This document shows, piece after piece, positions 42,296 to 52,750 of a DNA stretch of 64,000 nucleotides. The notes under the pieces are model-generated. The model had not been told where the DNA came from, made no database searches, and saw nothing but the letters and a program-made list of their open reading frames with translations. The position numbers and the translations under genes were made by a program. The stretch covers positions 2,816,001-2,880,000 of the forward strand of contig OZ240215.1 of assembly GCA_965197585.1 (NCBI GenBank). The letters run 5' to 3'. This stretch comes from Dehalococcoidia bacterium (GTDB taxonomy: Bacteria > Chloroflexota > Dehalococcoidia > Plut-88900). The number at the start of each line of letters is the position of its first letter. The first letter of the stretch is position 1.

Positions 42296-43512
42296 AACTG
42301 CGGATTGGCGGGGCGGTCCCTCACAGACAGCATGAACGCCGCCACCAGGAGGGTTACCGGGAACATTCCACAAATCAACAGGGACAGCTGAAGGTTGCCG
42401 GTGATCTGCTGGAGTCCACCCACCAGCAGGGGCCCGATAGCCGAGCCTCCCCAGATGGAAGTCTCCATGAATGACATGCCTATTCCTATTTCACGGGGCT
42501 TGATGCCCGGAATGAGGAATACCATGATCATAAGCACGGGGAAGTAGGCGAAGGAAAAGCCTTTGAGTATGGCAAATAGCAGGACCAGCGGCGCAGAGGT
42601 GGTGTAGACCATGCCTACAAGGGAAATAATGGACAGGATGCCGCACACTGAAAGAACCAGGGAGCGGCGCCGTATCAGGGTGGGTATGGCATTGGCCATG
42701 AAATCTGTCGGGGCGGCGGCGAAGGTCATGGCACCCAGCGCAAGGCCGACGAAAGATGGAGTAAGACCAAGCTGGTCTTCGGCGAGGGTGGGCCAAAAGT
42801 TTTGGAACCCCGCCTGCGCGGTCATCGAGCCGCCCATGCCCATGCCCATTATCCAGAGCTGCTTGTAGTTTCGCAGTGCGTTCAGAGGGCTGGATATTTC
42901 GGCTCGGGCGCGGGTGTCGTATTCCTCGTTGACCCTCTCCCCGCCTACGATCATCCATATCACGGTAAGGCCAAAGGAGATCATCGACCAGATGAAGAAA
43001 GTCTCCCGCCATCCCCCGGCCAGCTCCTGGAACTGCGGCGTTACCAGGAAAGCGATCCCCATGATCAGGTCGATGCCTGCAAAAGAGAGGCCGTTGGTAA
43101 AGGAGATGCGGTGTCGGGGGATCCATTGTTGGATGATGAGGGCTCGGGGTGACTGAGTAGAGGTGAAGAAAAGGCCCGAGCCCACTCGCCCTATGAAGAG
43201 GGCAGCAAGGATGGGCGACCAGCTCTGCAGCAGCGCGGAACCCCCAACCCCGAGGAACAGCAGGGTCACGGTCCTCCAGGGCCGGAATCGGGAAGTGAAC
43301 AGATTGGCCGGGATGCAAAAGATCAGGTTGGCAATGAGGACAGAGGAGCCGAGCAAACCCTGGGTCAAGGGAGAAAGGTCCATCTCCCTGGTGATGTCCG
43401 GCAACAGAATGCCGATGATGAAAATGACACCAAGGGATGTGCCTACACAGGAAGTGACGGATGCTACGAGGGCCCAGCGTCGGAAGCGGGGACTTTCAAT
43501 AGAAGTTTGCAA
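42289..43512 (-). CDS. MFS transporter
   Basis: About 12 hydrophobic segments; GGWRETF; MFS-like topology. Confidence 0.85.
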   Translation of the reverse strand: MQTSIESPRFRRWALVASVTSCVGTSLGVIFIIGILLPDITREMDLSPLTQGLLGSSVLIANLIFCIPANLFTSRFRPWRTVTLLFLGVGGSALLQSWSPILAALFIGRVGSGLFFTSTQSPRALIIQQWIPRHRISFTNGLSFAGIDLIMGIAFLVTPQFQELAGGWRETFFIWSMISFGLTVIWMIVGGERVNEEYDTRARAEISSPLNALRNYKQLWIMGMGMGGSMTAQAGFQNFWPTLAEDQLGLTPSFVGLALGAMTFAAAPTDFMANAIPTLIRRRSLVLSVCGILSIISLVGMVYTTSAPLVLLFAILKGFSFAYFPVLMIMVFLIPGIKPREIGIGMSFMETSIWGGSAIGPLLVGGLQQITGNLQLSLLICGMFPVTLLVAAFMLSVRDRPANPQLA

Positions 43513-43584
43513 TCAGGCTCGCGTGGGTGTGTTTTGTTGGGGTGCCGGATTTTAATGCAGGGTTCTGTTCAGTAGGTTGTAGCG

Positions 43585-43863
43585 TCACGCGGGCCTAGCG
43601 CCGCTTTCCCATATTCCCAGCCATTCGTCACGACTGAGGGTGCAGTCCACAAAAAGATTTAATTGTCGGGAGGAGAGGCGCATCTGCCGGGCAAACTCAG
43701 CTAAGCGTCCTTTGGAGATTTGGCCTTTAGCACCGTGTGACATTTTCGTGATCCTTTGATTCCTGCCGTTCATTCTTGCGTTAAAGACTATGTGGTCACC
43801 ACTATCGTCTTCATCAGTAAGGGCCTTGCGGTTCAAGGCACTTCTGAGCGTGCGATAGTCCAC
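43585..43863 (-). CDS. HicA-like toxin, copy 2
   Basis: GTG start; SGDH, MSHG..QI, ARQMRLSSRQL..FVDCTLS. Confidence 0.6.
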   Translation of the reverse strand: MDYRTLRSALNRKALTDEDDSGDHIVFNARMNGRNQRITKMSHGAKGQISKGRLAEFARQMRLSSRQLNLFVDCTLSRDEWLGIWESGARPA

Positions 43864-43865
43864 CC

Positions 43866-44198
43866 CTAGACAACCATGTTTTCGATTAGCTCTAGGTCTC
43901 TGGATGAGCACTCGGCAAGGTTGCCCCTGTGTTTGTCCAACCAGAATTTGTAGTCTCCAAGGGAGCACACCAGATCATCTATGGCCTGCTCTTCTGTCTC
44001 GCCAACCCCCCACTCATACAAGCACTCAATCTCGACTGTAACGAACCACTCTTCCGAGGTCTGTTTGATCTCGACCGTCAGATCAGTTTTGAGCTGGTGG
44101 TGGCAACCGCGCCGGCCCTTGGGTAGGACCTTTGTGTACCGCGCGAGGATTTCGGGTTCGTCGTCTGTGTCAGTGGCTGGTTTGGTAGATTCGATCAT
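43866..44198 (-). CDS. HicB-like antitoxin, copy 2
   Basis: YEWGVGETEEQAIDDL. Confidence 0.6.
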   Translation of the reverse strand: MIESTKPATDTDDEPEILARYTKVLPKGRRGCHHQLKTDLTVEIKQTSEEWFVTVEIECLYEWGVGETEEQAIDDLVCSLGDYKFWLDKHRGNLAECSSRDLELIENMVV

Positions 44199-44233
44199 GG
44201 TGTTACGCCGTCTTTATCGGGACCAGGCCCTCA

Positions 44234-44512
44234 TCATACTTGACGAGGGAACCTTTCCCATATTGCCAGCCATTCGTCACGGCTCATTGTGCAGTCCACG
44301 AATTGTCGTAACTGTCGGGAGGAGAGGCGCATTTGCCGTGCAATTCTACCCAGAAGCCATTTGGGAATCTGGCCTTTTGTACCGTGCGAGACTACGGTAA
44401 CCAAGCGACGTCCTCCACTTACAGTTCTGTAATAGCCTACGTGCCCACCTGAGCGGTCCTCATTCGCTTCGGCCTTGGAGACCAAAGCCCCCTGTAAGTC
44501 ACGGTAGTCCAC
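44234..44512 (-). CDS. HicA-like toxin, copy 1
   Basis: SGGH, VSHG..QIP, ARQMRLSSRQL..FVDCTMS. Confidence 0.6.
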   Translation of the reverse strand: MDYRDLQGALVSKAEANEDRSGGHVGYYRTVSGGRRLVTVVSHGTKGQIPKWLLGRIARQMRLSSRQLRQFVDCTMSRDEWLAIWERFPRQV

Positions 44513-44514
44513 CT

Positions 44515-44847
44515 CTAGGCGAGCATTTCCTCAAGTAACTCCAAGCACCTATTCGAGCAAGGATCCAATTCGTCCTTGAATTTTCTTAGGGAGAGCCTGA
44601 CGTCCCCGAGGATATACACCAATTCATTCATGGCCTCTTCCTCCGTAGTCCCCCAACCGAACTGGTATAGACATTCGACTTCGACGGTGGCGCCCCAACC
44701 TTCCAGCGTTTGTTCAACCTCCACCGGTAGGTCGGATTTCAGCTCATAACACTCGCCGCGTCGGCCTTTGGGCAGCACCTTCGTGTACCGCGCGAGGATT
44801 TCGGGTTCGTCGTCCGTGTCAGTGACGGGTTTGGTAGATTCGATCAT
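44515..44847 (-). CDS. HicB-like antitoxin, copy 1
   Basis: MIESTKP start shared with copy 2; FGWGTTEEEAMNEL. Confidence 0.6.
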   Translation of the reverse strand: MIESTKPVTDTDDEPEILARYTKVLPKGRRGECYELKSDLPVEVEQTLEGWGATVEVECLYQFGWGTTEEEAMNELVYILGDVRLSLRKFKDELDPCSNRCLELLEEMLA

Positions 44848-45008
44848 GGTGGGGCCTCTGGGTACGGGAACGTGTACGGGGCAAGGGGTAGATGCGTAGG
44901 GGATATTCTTCACCCGCATTGGGCGCGGTGTCAAGAATTGTCTTGCTCCGCCCACGTGCTCCCACCCGCCCACCTTTGGATTCCAGCCTGCGCAGGAACC
45001 CCGGACTT

Positions 45009-46997
45009 CTACACCCCGCCGAGATGAATGGTCTGCACGTAGCGCGGGCCCCGTGGCCCGACGGCGTACCGGGTATCGAGGCCCAGGACCCGTCGTCTCG
45101 CCGCCGCTAGTCCAACTGTGGGGTCAGTCAGCTCTATGACATCGTATAGCTCTTGGCCAGCGTTGACGGGCACGGTGATGCTGCCACGGCCTGGGTGGAT
45201 GGCAATGCGGCGGGCCTCGGAGTGGGCGCGGGCGTCGGTCTTTTCCTGGGTGTCGAGGGTGACGTCATGAACGTGGATGGGTCGGTCGAAGAGGGCGGGG
45301 AAGTCCGACCAGTTGGAAAGATCGCTAGTGTGGTTGGAGCCGAAGACGATAGCCCTACTGTGCCTGGGTACCGGGTCAATATATCGAGCCTCCAGAATCC
45401 CGTGCCCCGAGCCGTAGATGTAGGATCTTTCCTCGGTGGCTGAGGGAACCTTGAGAACGAACCCGTCGCTGGATGTCCCGAGCAGAATGTCGGGGACGTG
45501 GGACATTAGCCGTTCAACGACCATGTCCAGGGGCTCCGATTCCTCGACAAGGAACTCCGGTCGATGATTGTTCAGGAGAAAGTGGTCAGGGTGAGTCACG
45601 AGCTCGAAACCTGCCCGGGCCAGTACCGACCTGAGAATCTGAAATAGGCTGGCCTCCCCGGCGGCCCAAATGCGTTCGCGCCGGGCCTGCTGCCAGGCCA
45701 GGAGGCCCCAGCCACCCGTGGCGCGGACTATCAATGTCGAGGAGGAATCGGTACGGCGATGCTCCAACCCGTCGATCCACACCGGGGCTCGCGGGGAAGA
45801 TTCCCTCCCTGATGCGGTCACATAGCCTAGCCCGATCCTTATCTCCGACCCCTTGGTCAGCAGAGCTAGGTCCCCCTCACCGGGACGCGAGTAGCGCCCA
45901 TCGTTGTTTCGAAGTTCTATACGCCACGTGGTCTCTCTCGCCGACTCTTCACCTGTGAGGGAGACCACGTCCCGGCTCAGGTCCAGGGGCGGGGGGTTGA
46001 GGGGGGCCGACCACACGACGTTGGCCGTCGAAAGCCATGCGTGGCTCGCCGTGTGGCCGATAGCCAACCCGTGCGCCGTGTCCAGGTCGAACGCGGCGGG
46101 TTCACGCCACAGGTTGTCGAGGAATAAGGCGGAGGGCTGGGTGAAGGTGTAGAAAGGGCGATTGTGTGCCCCGGTGACCTGCTCGATGAAGAAGAGCCGG
46201 TCGACGTCCGGATGGTCGATGAAAGGGGCCCGGAAGTCGTGGTCCGAGACACGCTCGACCTCGGTGACGGGCCTGAGCGCCGACCACGTATCAATGGTCT
46301 GGGCCGCTCCATCGCCGAAGACCGTGCTCCACACGCCGCTTTTCCTGCCCGTCGAGTCCCGGCCCGCCACGGCCACGTTCCAGTCACCGTTGTAGTGAGC
46401 GGCGACCCCATTGATTTGGGAAAGGGAGTTGGACCAGATACGGGGAGAGCCCCAACTGCCGCTCGAACGCCGGATGGCGTATAGGCCGGAGTTGACCAAG
46501 GCATAGAGAAGGAGGGCCGAGCCGTCTGGCTTGAGGTCGGCGGCCAGCCAGGTAATGGGTGAGGAGGCGGTGGTCACATAGACGGCCTGTCCGAAGGTCG
46601 CTCCGCTGTCAGCGCTGGCCCGAACGTATAGGGTGCGCCTGTTGCTGGACACCGAGAACAGGAGCACGTCCGCCCCGGCAGAGCAGAGGGCCACGTCACC
46701 ATCCCTGGACGCTGGGCCCAATGAGACCCAGCGTGTGAAGTCAGAGGTGGGGGAGGGGTTGGGCACTCGTTGGACGTAGAGGTTGTGGCTGTTCGTGGGG
46801 TCGACGCGGGCGCGGATCATCGCGCCGTCGACGGGGAAGGTCAGGGCGTGAGGCCCCTCGGCCTCCGATCCCGTATGGAGCCGCTCGAACCGTAGCCGGG
46901 CTATGCCAGCCATCCGGTCCAGGGCTTCTACTCTGACCCAAGGCTTCGCCGAGGACGACCTCTGGGCACGGAGGAGGGAGTTGGATAACGGCCTCAT
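45009..46997 (-). CDS. putative phage tail/hub-like structural protein
   Basis: Last gene of the capsid operon; beta-rich with an SxDxGxTF Asp-box; C-terminal IELRNNDGRY and GQELYDVIELTD hub-like segments. Confidence 0.55.
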   Translation of the reverse strand: MRPLSNSLLRAQRSSSAKPWVRVEALDRMAGIARLRFERLHTGSEAEGPHALTFPVDGAMIRARVDPTNSHNLYVQRVPNPSPTSDFTRWVSLGPASRDGDVALCSAGADVLLFSVSSNRRTLYVRASADSGATFGQAVYVTTASSPITWLAADLKPDGSALLLYALVNSGLYAIRRSSGSWGSPRIWSNSLSQINGVAAHYNGDWNVAVAGRDSTGRKSGVWSTVFGDGAAQTIDTWSALRPVTEVERVSDHDFRAPFIDHPDVDRLFFIEQVTGAHNRPFYTFTQPSALFLDNLWREPAAFDLDTAHGLAIGHTASHAWLSTANVVWSAPLNPPPLDLSRDVVSLTGEESARETTWRIELRNNDGRYSRPGEGDLALLTKGSEIRIGLGYVTASGRESSPRAPVWIDGLEHRRTDSSSTLIVRATGGWGLLAWQQARRERIWAAGEASLFQILRSVLARAGFELVTHPDHFLLNNHRPEFLVEESEPLDMVVERLMSHVPDILLGTSSDGFVLKVPSATEERSYIYGSGHGILEARYIDPVPRHSRAIVFGSNHTSDLSNWSDFPALFDRPIHVHDVTLDTQEKTDARAHSEARRIAIHPGRGSITVPVNAGQELYDVIELTDPTVGLAAARRRVLGLDTRYAVGPRGPRYVQTIHLGGV

Positions 46998-47033
46998 GCT
47001 AGGAGTTCTCCGCTGCGGTCGATGTCAGGCTGC

Positions 47034-47690
47034 TCATACATTGACGGTCTCGGCTTGAGCAGCACCACTTCGTGCGCCGTTGGGCGCCGCCTGGGGTTGG
47101 CTCAGGCGGCGCGACTTCATCCGTCGGGGGCGCCCGTGCCTCGCCAGCGCCCGATAGAAGACGTTCAACCGTTCCCGGCCCCATATCATGTAGTCCCGCC
47201 ACACCGAGTCGCCGCCGGTGTTCAGCCGATTGATGGTGAAGCCTGACATACTGTGGGCCGCGTACCCCGAGGCCCCCGTCACCAGTATGTCTTCCAGGGG
47301 CGAAGGCACGGTCGAAGACAGGTAGTCTAGGGTGTGGAGCTTGCCGTAATAGACCACGGCCTGTTCGCCCTCGGCCGGGACCCGTTCCACCAGTAGGGTC
47401 AGCGTGTCTCCCCAGACCCGGAACTCGGTGAAAGTGGGAGGGGACTGACCGGCCGGGTACTCGACGGAATCGACGAGCACGAGGCCGGTCAGGGAGGAGA
47501 GATCTATGTCCCGGGAGCCAGCGGTCGCGCTGAGCGTGGCTTTGTCTTCCACGGGGATCGCCAGGCTCATCTCCCGCAGGGCGTGGAATATGTGCCGGTC
47601 CAGCTCGGCGCTGGCCCAGCGGAAGCCGACGGCGTCTTCGTCGTGCAGGTCGGTGCGGACGCGGGCACGGATTTCGGTGAGTGTGGTCAT
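47034..47690 (-). CDS. putative head-to-tail adaptor protein
   Basis: MTTLTEIRARVRTDLHDE....WASAELDRHI..AL adaptor-like N-terminus; directly after the MCP. Confidence 0.6.
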   Translation of the reverse strand: MTTLTEIRARVRTDLHDEDAVGFRWASAELDRHIFHALREMSLAIPVEDKATLSATAGSRDIDLSSLTGLVLVDSVEYPAGQSPPTFTEFRVWGDTLTLLVERVPAEGEQAVVYYGKLHTLDYLSSTVPSPLEDILVTGASGYAAHSMSGFTINRLNTGGDSVWRDYMIWGRERLNVFYRALARHGRPRRMKSRRLSQPQAAPNGARSGAAQAETVNV

Positions 47691-47749
47691 GAGTTGTCTC
47701 CTGGTGCGGGGGATGCGATCTTCACGTTACTGATCTTTAGAGGTTCCAT

Positions 47750-47789
47750 TCACCCTCACCCTAGCCCTCTCCCATCGAGGGAGAGGGGA
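47750..47789. repeat. REP-like family C (caccctcaccctagccctctcccatcgagggagagggg)
   Basis: Copies at about 47750, 54850, 55025, 55568 and 56206; related copies at 55889 and 58449. Confidence 0.85.
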
Positions 47790-47850
47790 TTGGACGTCCC
47801 CTCCCCCATCTCTCGGAAAGAGTTTTGCGAGAGTGTAAGTGGGGCCCGGC

Positions 47851-48741
47851 CTAGTTCCGGACCCCGGTTAGCTTGGCCAGCTTGACGGTGCTGAAGAGGG
47901 CCACGGCTACGTACCACTTGACCCGGGTTCGGGTGGCGTCCTTAGTCTCCAGACTCCCGACCCGCTCCACCTGCAGGCCCGAGGGCCCCGTCAGCCCCGA
48001 CACGCCATCCTCCCCGAATTGGACCGCGTATACCGTCGAGGAGTCGCGGCTGGTGCCCGCTCTCTGTTCGTCGGATACCCAGTCGCTGATGCCTATAGGC
48101 ACGCCGTCGTAGAACTGCACCATCTGGCCGAGCATGTTGCGGTCGGTCTGTAGGAAGCCGCTGCCCGATGTGCGGGCAAGGGAGTTGAGCTTGCGCCGGG
48201 TCCTGCGGCTCATGATGAGAATGTGGGGCTTGCCGGACTTCACCTTGTCGATCAACTCATCCAGCTTGTCCAGGGTGAGGGTTGCCCCGTTGGCGCCCAT
48301 CGTGACGGTCTGGCCGGCGGGGGTCAGCTTGTCGATCCCGTCGAAGGACTTGTCGTTGGTGTCGATATCACCGTTGATGAAGGTGTCGTCAAACTTCTGC
48401 TGTACGGCCTTGGACTTGAGTTCGACGACGGCGGCCTCCAGGTCCTGGACGTTGCCTCGGGTGGCTGCGACGTAGTTGTCCACGTCGGCGTCCCCACCCA
48501 GAATCTTCAGAGTTGCGGTGACCTGGCTAAAGGTGGGTGTGGACTCGGCCCACGCGTCTCCGACGTTGTAGAAGGCGACGGTCGGGGCGGCATTCTCCCG
48601 GTTGTAGGTGAGAGAGTTGCCTACTATTTCGATGAAGGGCATGTGCTGGAGCACGGGGCTTTCGTTGACTATCGTCTCGATAACCCCGGACAGGAGCATG
48701 TCGTTGGACAGCTTGCTGGCCTCTGTTAGTGTCAATGCCAT
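47851..48741 (-). CDS. phage major capsid protein (HK97 fold)
   Basis: MALTLTEASKL, LTYNRE, ILGGDADVD, FINGD....FDGI, LDELID, RTRVKWY; AAGGAG SD. Confidence 0.85.
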   Translation of the reverse strand: MALTLTEASKLSNDMLLSGVIETIVNESPVLQHMPFIEIVGNSLTYNRENAAPTVAFYNVGDAWAESTPTFSQVTATLKILGGDADVDNYVAATRGNVQDLEAAVVELKSKAVQQKFDDTFINGDIDTNDKSFDGIDKLTPAGQTVTMGANGATLTLDKLDELIDKVKSGKPHILIMSRRTRRKLNSLARTSGSGFLQTDRNMLGQMVQFYDGVPIGISDWVSDEQRAGTSRDSSTVYAVQFGEDGVSGLTGPSGLQVERVGSLETKDATRTRVKWYVAVALFSTVKLAKLTGVRN

Positions 48742-48775
48742 TGTTTGTTTTCTCCTTGCTTATCGTGCGTTACGG

Positions 48776-49261
48776 CTAGCTTTTGTTTATTGCGTACAGG
48801 ATCTTTTCCCGGGCAGAGAGGCCCGAGAGGTCGGCTTCTCGGCGGGCGGGTGCGCCGGACGGGACCCGGTCTTCGGGGGTGCGGCCTCCGATGCGCGAAG
48901 CCACTTTCTCGACGATCTTCTTCGCCGACTCCATCGCGTCGTCCAGCTCTACGATTGTGTTTCCGCGAATGAGCTCTTCAGGCAGGTCCGGGGCGCTCAC
49001 CATGAGGGCGATGCGGTAGCGGCCCACGGCAAAGTCGATCTGATGCCGCATGCCGTCCAGTTCCGTCTCCTTCTCGGCGACCAGGGCATTCAGCCTCTCG
49101 ACTTCTAGGGCGTCCCGGGAGGGTTCCTCTGCGGGCTCCGGGCTCGGGGTCTTGCCGCCGATAGGGGTCTCGGGTGTGGGGTCATGGGGTAGTGCAGGGT
49201 CATAGGACGGTGCAGGATCGTGGGGCGATGTGGGATCATGGGGCGGGGTTGGGTCGGGCAT
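48776..49261 (-). CDS. putative capsid scaffolding protein
   Basis: Immediately upstream of the MCP; coiled coil; PEELIRG.T..EL; C-terminal LSAREKI; PHDP repeats. Confidence 0.65.
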   Translation of the reverse strand: MPDPTPPHDPTSPHDPAPSYDPALPHDPTPETPIGGKTPSPEPAEEPSRDALEVERLNALVAEKETELDGMRHQIDFAVGRYRIALMVSAPDLPEELIRGNTIVELDDAMESAKKIVEKVASRIGGRTPEDRVPSGAPARREADLSGLSAREKILYAINKS

Positions 49262-49292
49262 GTGGTCTCCTTAAGTGAGTGATTTGTGGCGA

Positions 49293-49337
49293 ATAATAGA
49301 ACATACGTCCTTTTACAGTCAAGGGGTTCATGTCACT
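49293..49337 (-). promoter_or_regulatory. capsid operon promoter with LexA-like box
   Basis: TTGACT-18 nt-TATTAT; AGAAC-ATAC-GTCCT at 49298-49311; AGTGACATGAACC upstream. Confidence 0.7.
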
Positions 49338-49478
49338 TTTGGGAGGTGTTGGAAGGCGGAAAGAGATTGCGACACATCCCTCACGGCGGTATGGTCAGGC
49401 CTACCATTCCCGGTCCGCTGGCACTATATTCATGAGTCATAACAGAGGACATGCATTGACGACACACCATCCAAAGCA

Positions 49479-49679
49479 ATGAAACTTCACGTGGACCGGA
49501 AAGCGTATGCCCTGTATTTGCGTCTGGACGATTCCTTCATCGTCGAGTCGCAGGAGGTCTCGCCGGGTGTGGTACTCGACTACAACGCGGCCAATGAGGT
49601 CGTGGGAGTCGAGATGCTCGGGCTTTCAAAGCGGTCGTTGGACGTGGACCTCTCGGCATTGCAGTTTGAGACGGTGTGA
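49479..49679 (+). CDS. DUF2283 family protein
   Basis: ALYLRL....ESQEVSPGVVLDY....VVGVEML. Confidence 0.8.
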   Translation: MKLHVDRKAYALYLRLDDSFIVESQEVSPGVVLDYNAANEVVGVEMLGLSKRSLDVDLSALQFETV

Positions 49680-50047
49680 GCGGCAACTCGCGATCATGGC
49701 CACTTCAATATACCTTCCCCACCCCCCACTCATACTTCGACGGGCTCAGCACGAGCGGCCCCGCCCAGCCATTTCCTTTTCCTTTACGCGTGATGCCCAC
49801 TCACACCGCTCACCCTGAGGTACTCGAAGGGTCGAGCGGAGAGGCGCAGACCTGACCGCTTCAACAGACCTTCCCCCACCCCCCCACTCATACTTCGACG
49901 GGCTCAGCACGAGCGGCCCCGCCCTCCTCCTCGTCAAAGGAGCCCCATGGAACAAACCCGACCCCCCACCCGTCTTTAGAAGTGAGAGTCGGGAGGCGGA
50001 AGCTTTCGGCTTTGCTGACGCGGTGTATGCAATCGTATACTGCCTGA

Positions 50048-50647
50048 ATGTCGCCTCCAGAAAGGATGTCGGAGCCGGAAGAGGCCCTTATTGCCCGGAG
50101 CCGGGACGGGGACGTCGACGCCTTCAACCAGATCGTGGAAATGTACCAGCGACCCCTCTACAACATGGCCCTGCGCATGCTCGGCGACGCCCCCGCCGCA
50201 GAGGACGCGACCCAGGACGCCTTCTTTTCGGCCTTTCGGAACATCGGACGGTTCAAGGGCGGAAACCTGAAGTCGTGGCTGTTCACCATAGCGGCCAACG
50301 CCTGCCGGGACGTGCTCAGGTCCCGCAACGTGCGCCGGACCGAGTCCCTGGATGCGGAGGACGTGACCATTGATCCCCCCTCCTCCACCGAATCCCCGGA
50401 GGACTATGCCGTCAGGCGGGAGATGGGCCAGAGCATCCAGCAGGGGCTCGACTCCATCCCCCACGACCAACGTCTGGCCGTGGTGCTAATAGACGTGCAG
50501 GGCTTCGGGTACGAGGAGGCCGCGGGGGTAATGGGCATATCCGTAGGTACTGTGAAATCCCGCCTTAGCCGGGGGCGAGCCCGGGTCAGGGACTTCCTTA
50601 GAGACAGGCCGGGCGTGCTGCCCGCCAGGTACGGGAGCGGGGCCTGA
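50048..50647 (+). CDS. ECF sigma-70 family RNA polymerase sigma factor
   Basis: GDVDAF, AEDATQDAF, WLFTIAANACRD, YEEAA.VMG..GTVKSRLSRGR. Confidence 0.92.
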   Translation: MSPPERMSEPEEALIARSRDGDVDAFNQIVEMYQRPLYNMALRMLGDAPAAEDATQDAFFSAFRNIGRFKGGNLKSWLFTIAANACRDVLRSRNVRRTESLDAEDVTIDPPSSTESPEDYAVRREMGQSIQQGLDSIPHDQRLAVVLIDVQGFGYEEAAGVMGISVGTVKSRLSRGRARVRDFLRDRPGVLPARYGSGA

Positions 50648-50651
50648 TATC

Positions 50652-51626
50652 GTGTTAGAAATGCTGAAAAAGATATTCAATCGGGGGCACGGGCGCTTCC
50701 TGGATATACTGTCGGATCACGTCGACGGTGAACTGCCGGAGGCGGAGCGGATCGTGCTGGAAGCGCACTTGCAAGGCTGTGACTCGTGCACCGAGGAGCT
50801 GGAGTCGCTGAGGGCAACGGTCCAGATGCTGCGCCGGATGCCGGAGGTCGAGGCCCCACGCTCATTCAGGATAGCCCCGGCCGCCGTAACCGCTCCTCCC
50901 CCTCCCCCCAAGAGGCCCGTTTTCCTGTGGACGATGCGTGTCTCGACGGCCATGGCGGTGGTGGCCTTCACGGTCATGGTCGCGGGCAACGTGACGGGGT
51001 TATTCGAAGGTGGGGGTGGGGACGGGGAGAGAGCGGCCTCGGAGGACGAGACGGCCTACGACTCCCCTGCTTTTAGCCCGACTTCCACGCCTGCTCCGAT
51101 GATGGAAGATGAGCCAGAGGATGCGATGATGGCTCCGACTCCTCAGGCAATGATGGAAGCTGAGCCGGACATCATTCCAAAGTCCACGCCAATGATGATG
51201 GCCGAACCGACCGCCACAATGGAATTCACCGCCATGCCGGAGCCTACGGCTATGCCGGACGAGGAAGCTGAGAGCAATAAAGCGGCGTTTACTCTCGAGG
51301 GCGACGATAGCTGGGTTGCCGACGCGCCACTCGTCGACCCCGAGCCGACCCCAGCACCCGCACTGACGGCGACTTCCAGGCCGAGGCCAACCACAGCCCC
51401 AATCCCCACGCTCATGCCCAGGGCAACGCTCGTCCCTACAATGGATTTCAGGACGAGGCCTGATCCCACACCGACGCCCGAACCTTGGGCGTGGGCTTCA
51501 TCAGAGCAGGACGATGGTGGAAATGGGGTGGTTCTTGGGCTGGAGATTGGGCTGGGGATCTTGGCGGCAGGGCTGGCACTGGGGACGATTTATCTCACGT
51601 TGAGGCGGCGGCGGGGGGTGGTTTAG
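50652..51626 (+). CDS. zf-HC2 anti-sigma factor
   Basis: LSDHVDGEL, HLQGCDSC, APRSF, TM helix, Pro/Met-rich domain, C-terminal TM. Confidence 0.82.
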   Translation: MLEMLKKIFNRGHGRFLDILSDHVDGELPEAERIVLEAHLQGCDSCTEELESLRATVQMLRRMPEVEAPRSFRIAPAAVTAPPPPPKRPVFLWTMRVSTAMAVVAFTVMVAGNVTGLFEGGGGDGERAASEDETAYDSPAFSPTSTPAPMMEDEPEDAMMAPTPQAMMEAEPDIIPKSTPMMMAEPTATMEFTAMPEPTAMPDEEAESNKAAFTLEGDDSWVADAPLVDPEPTPAPALTATSRPRPTTAPIPTLMPRATLVPTMDFRTRPDPTPTPEPWAWASSEQDDGGNGVVLGLEIGLGILAAGLALGTIYLTLRRRRGVV

Positions 51627-51712
51627 GGGAACCATCACCTCTTCGAAGGATCCCGATCTCTACCGTCGGGAGCGCGGTTTGAGCGGTCCATGTCTTGCGG
51701 ACCTGGAGTTGT

Positions 51713-52156
51713 CTAGTGGTGGTTGGAGGGCAGGTTGTCGTTGCCGTCGAAGGTCCGCAACAATTCTTCGTAAGCTTCTATACGGGAGGTGTCTCCACTC
51801 TCACGCGCTTTAGCTAGAGCACGCTGAATGACTTTTCGTGCTTCGGCACGGCCCTCGGCACGGCGTTCCTCTCGTATCCTCTCCAACCATTTCTCGGTCA
51901 GAACCATGGTAAAACTCCCTGCTTCCGCTGCAATCATGCTTATTGTAGCAGAGCCGATTGCCAAAGATCCGGCGTAGCTCAAAATGTTGACTAGCACGTT
52001 TAAAGGGGACTCCGCACCCCTCACACCCTCCAAGGATTCGTTGGCTGCCACTACCGACATACCGATTATGAACAGGACGAAGAAGGCAAGGAAGTAGAAT
52101 TTCTTAGTCCTAGGCGCAACGGTCCATATGGACTCACGTTCGTTGCTATCAGGCAC
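51713..52156 (-). CDS. hypothetical membrane protein
   Basis: Two TM helices, then an EGRAE-type coiled segment; lower GC. Confidence 0.6.
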   Translation of the reverse strand: MPDSNERESIWTVAPRTKKFYFLAFFVLFIIGMSVVAANESLEGVRGAESPLNVLVNILSYAGSLAIGSATISMIAAEAGSFTMVLTEKWLERIREERRAEGRAEARKVIQRALAKARESGDTSRIEAYEELLRTFDGNDNLPSNHH

Positions 52157-52379
52157 TTACGCATGCCTGGCCAGCGATTTGCTGTGACACATCAATATCC
52201 GATTTGTTTGAATGCCCCAAAGGCTTGCGTTCACCGACTGCTACTGCATTTTTTGGGGCCACTTTTTTGCAAAGCATAGAACCACATCGATTGGACTATA
52301 TGTCAGTCTTTCCTTAGAAATTGAGTCTAGCACGTAAGAATGACTCATCTCAATCATTCTCTATTGGTGAGGATGGTTT

Positions 52380-52551
52380 CTCCTCCTCACGAGAACCAAC
52401 TCCCTATCAGGGTCCTCGACGCCGAGGTTAGACACGGCACGGCGTCGGCTGTGGATGCCGGATCGCACCAGCGTCTCTTCGTCCTGGACCAGGCGGCTGC
52501 GGTCCTGGGGCAGGATCGGGCCCCAGAGGACTCGGGGGTGGGCGGGGCCGA
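52380..52551 (-). pseudogene. duplicated 3' end of the portal gene
   Basis: Matches 53489-53660 (GPAHPRVLWGPILPQDRSRLVQDEE...) with mostly synonymous changes. Confidence 0.9.
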
Positions 52552-52750
52552 CGATGAACGCTATCCCCATGACAACGCTGCGAGGTTGTTCGGGTTCCCC
52601 AACTAAACGGAATCCGTAGCTTGGCGGTCGGGGCAGGTGAGGTCACATCTTCTGGGAAGTCGTCCATGAACGGCACAACACGCGGCTGATCGTCCTACTT
52701 CGCCCATGGTTGGCGAGCGTCTCCAGTCACTAGCGCAGTTGGCGCCGTCC

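Noticed and set aside
47851-48741. Encapsulin nanocompartment
   Set aside because: Linked portal, terminase, scaffold and adaptor indicate a DNA-packaging capsid
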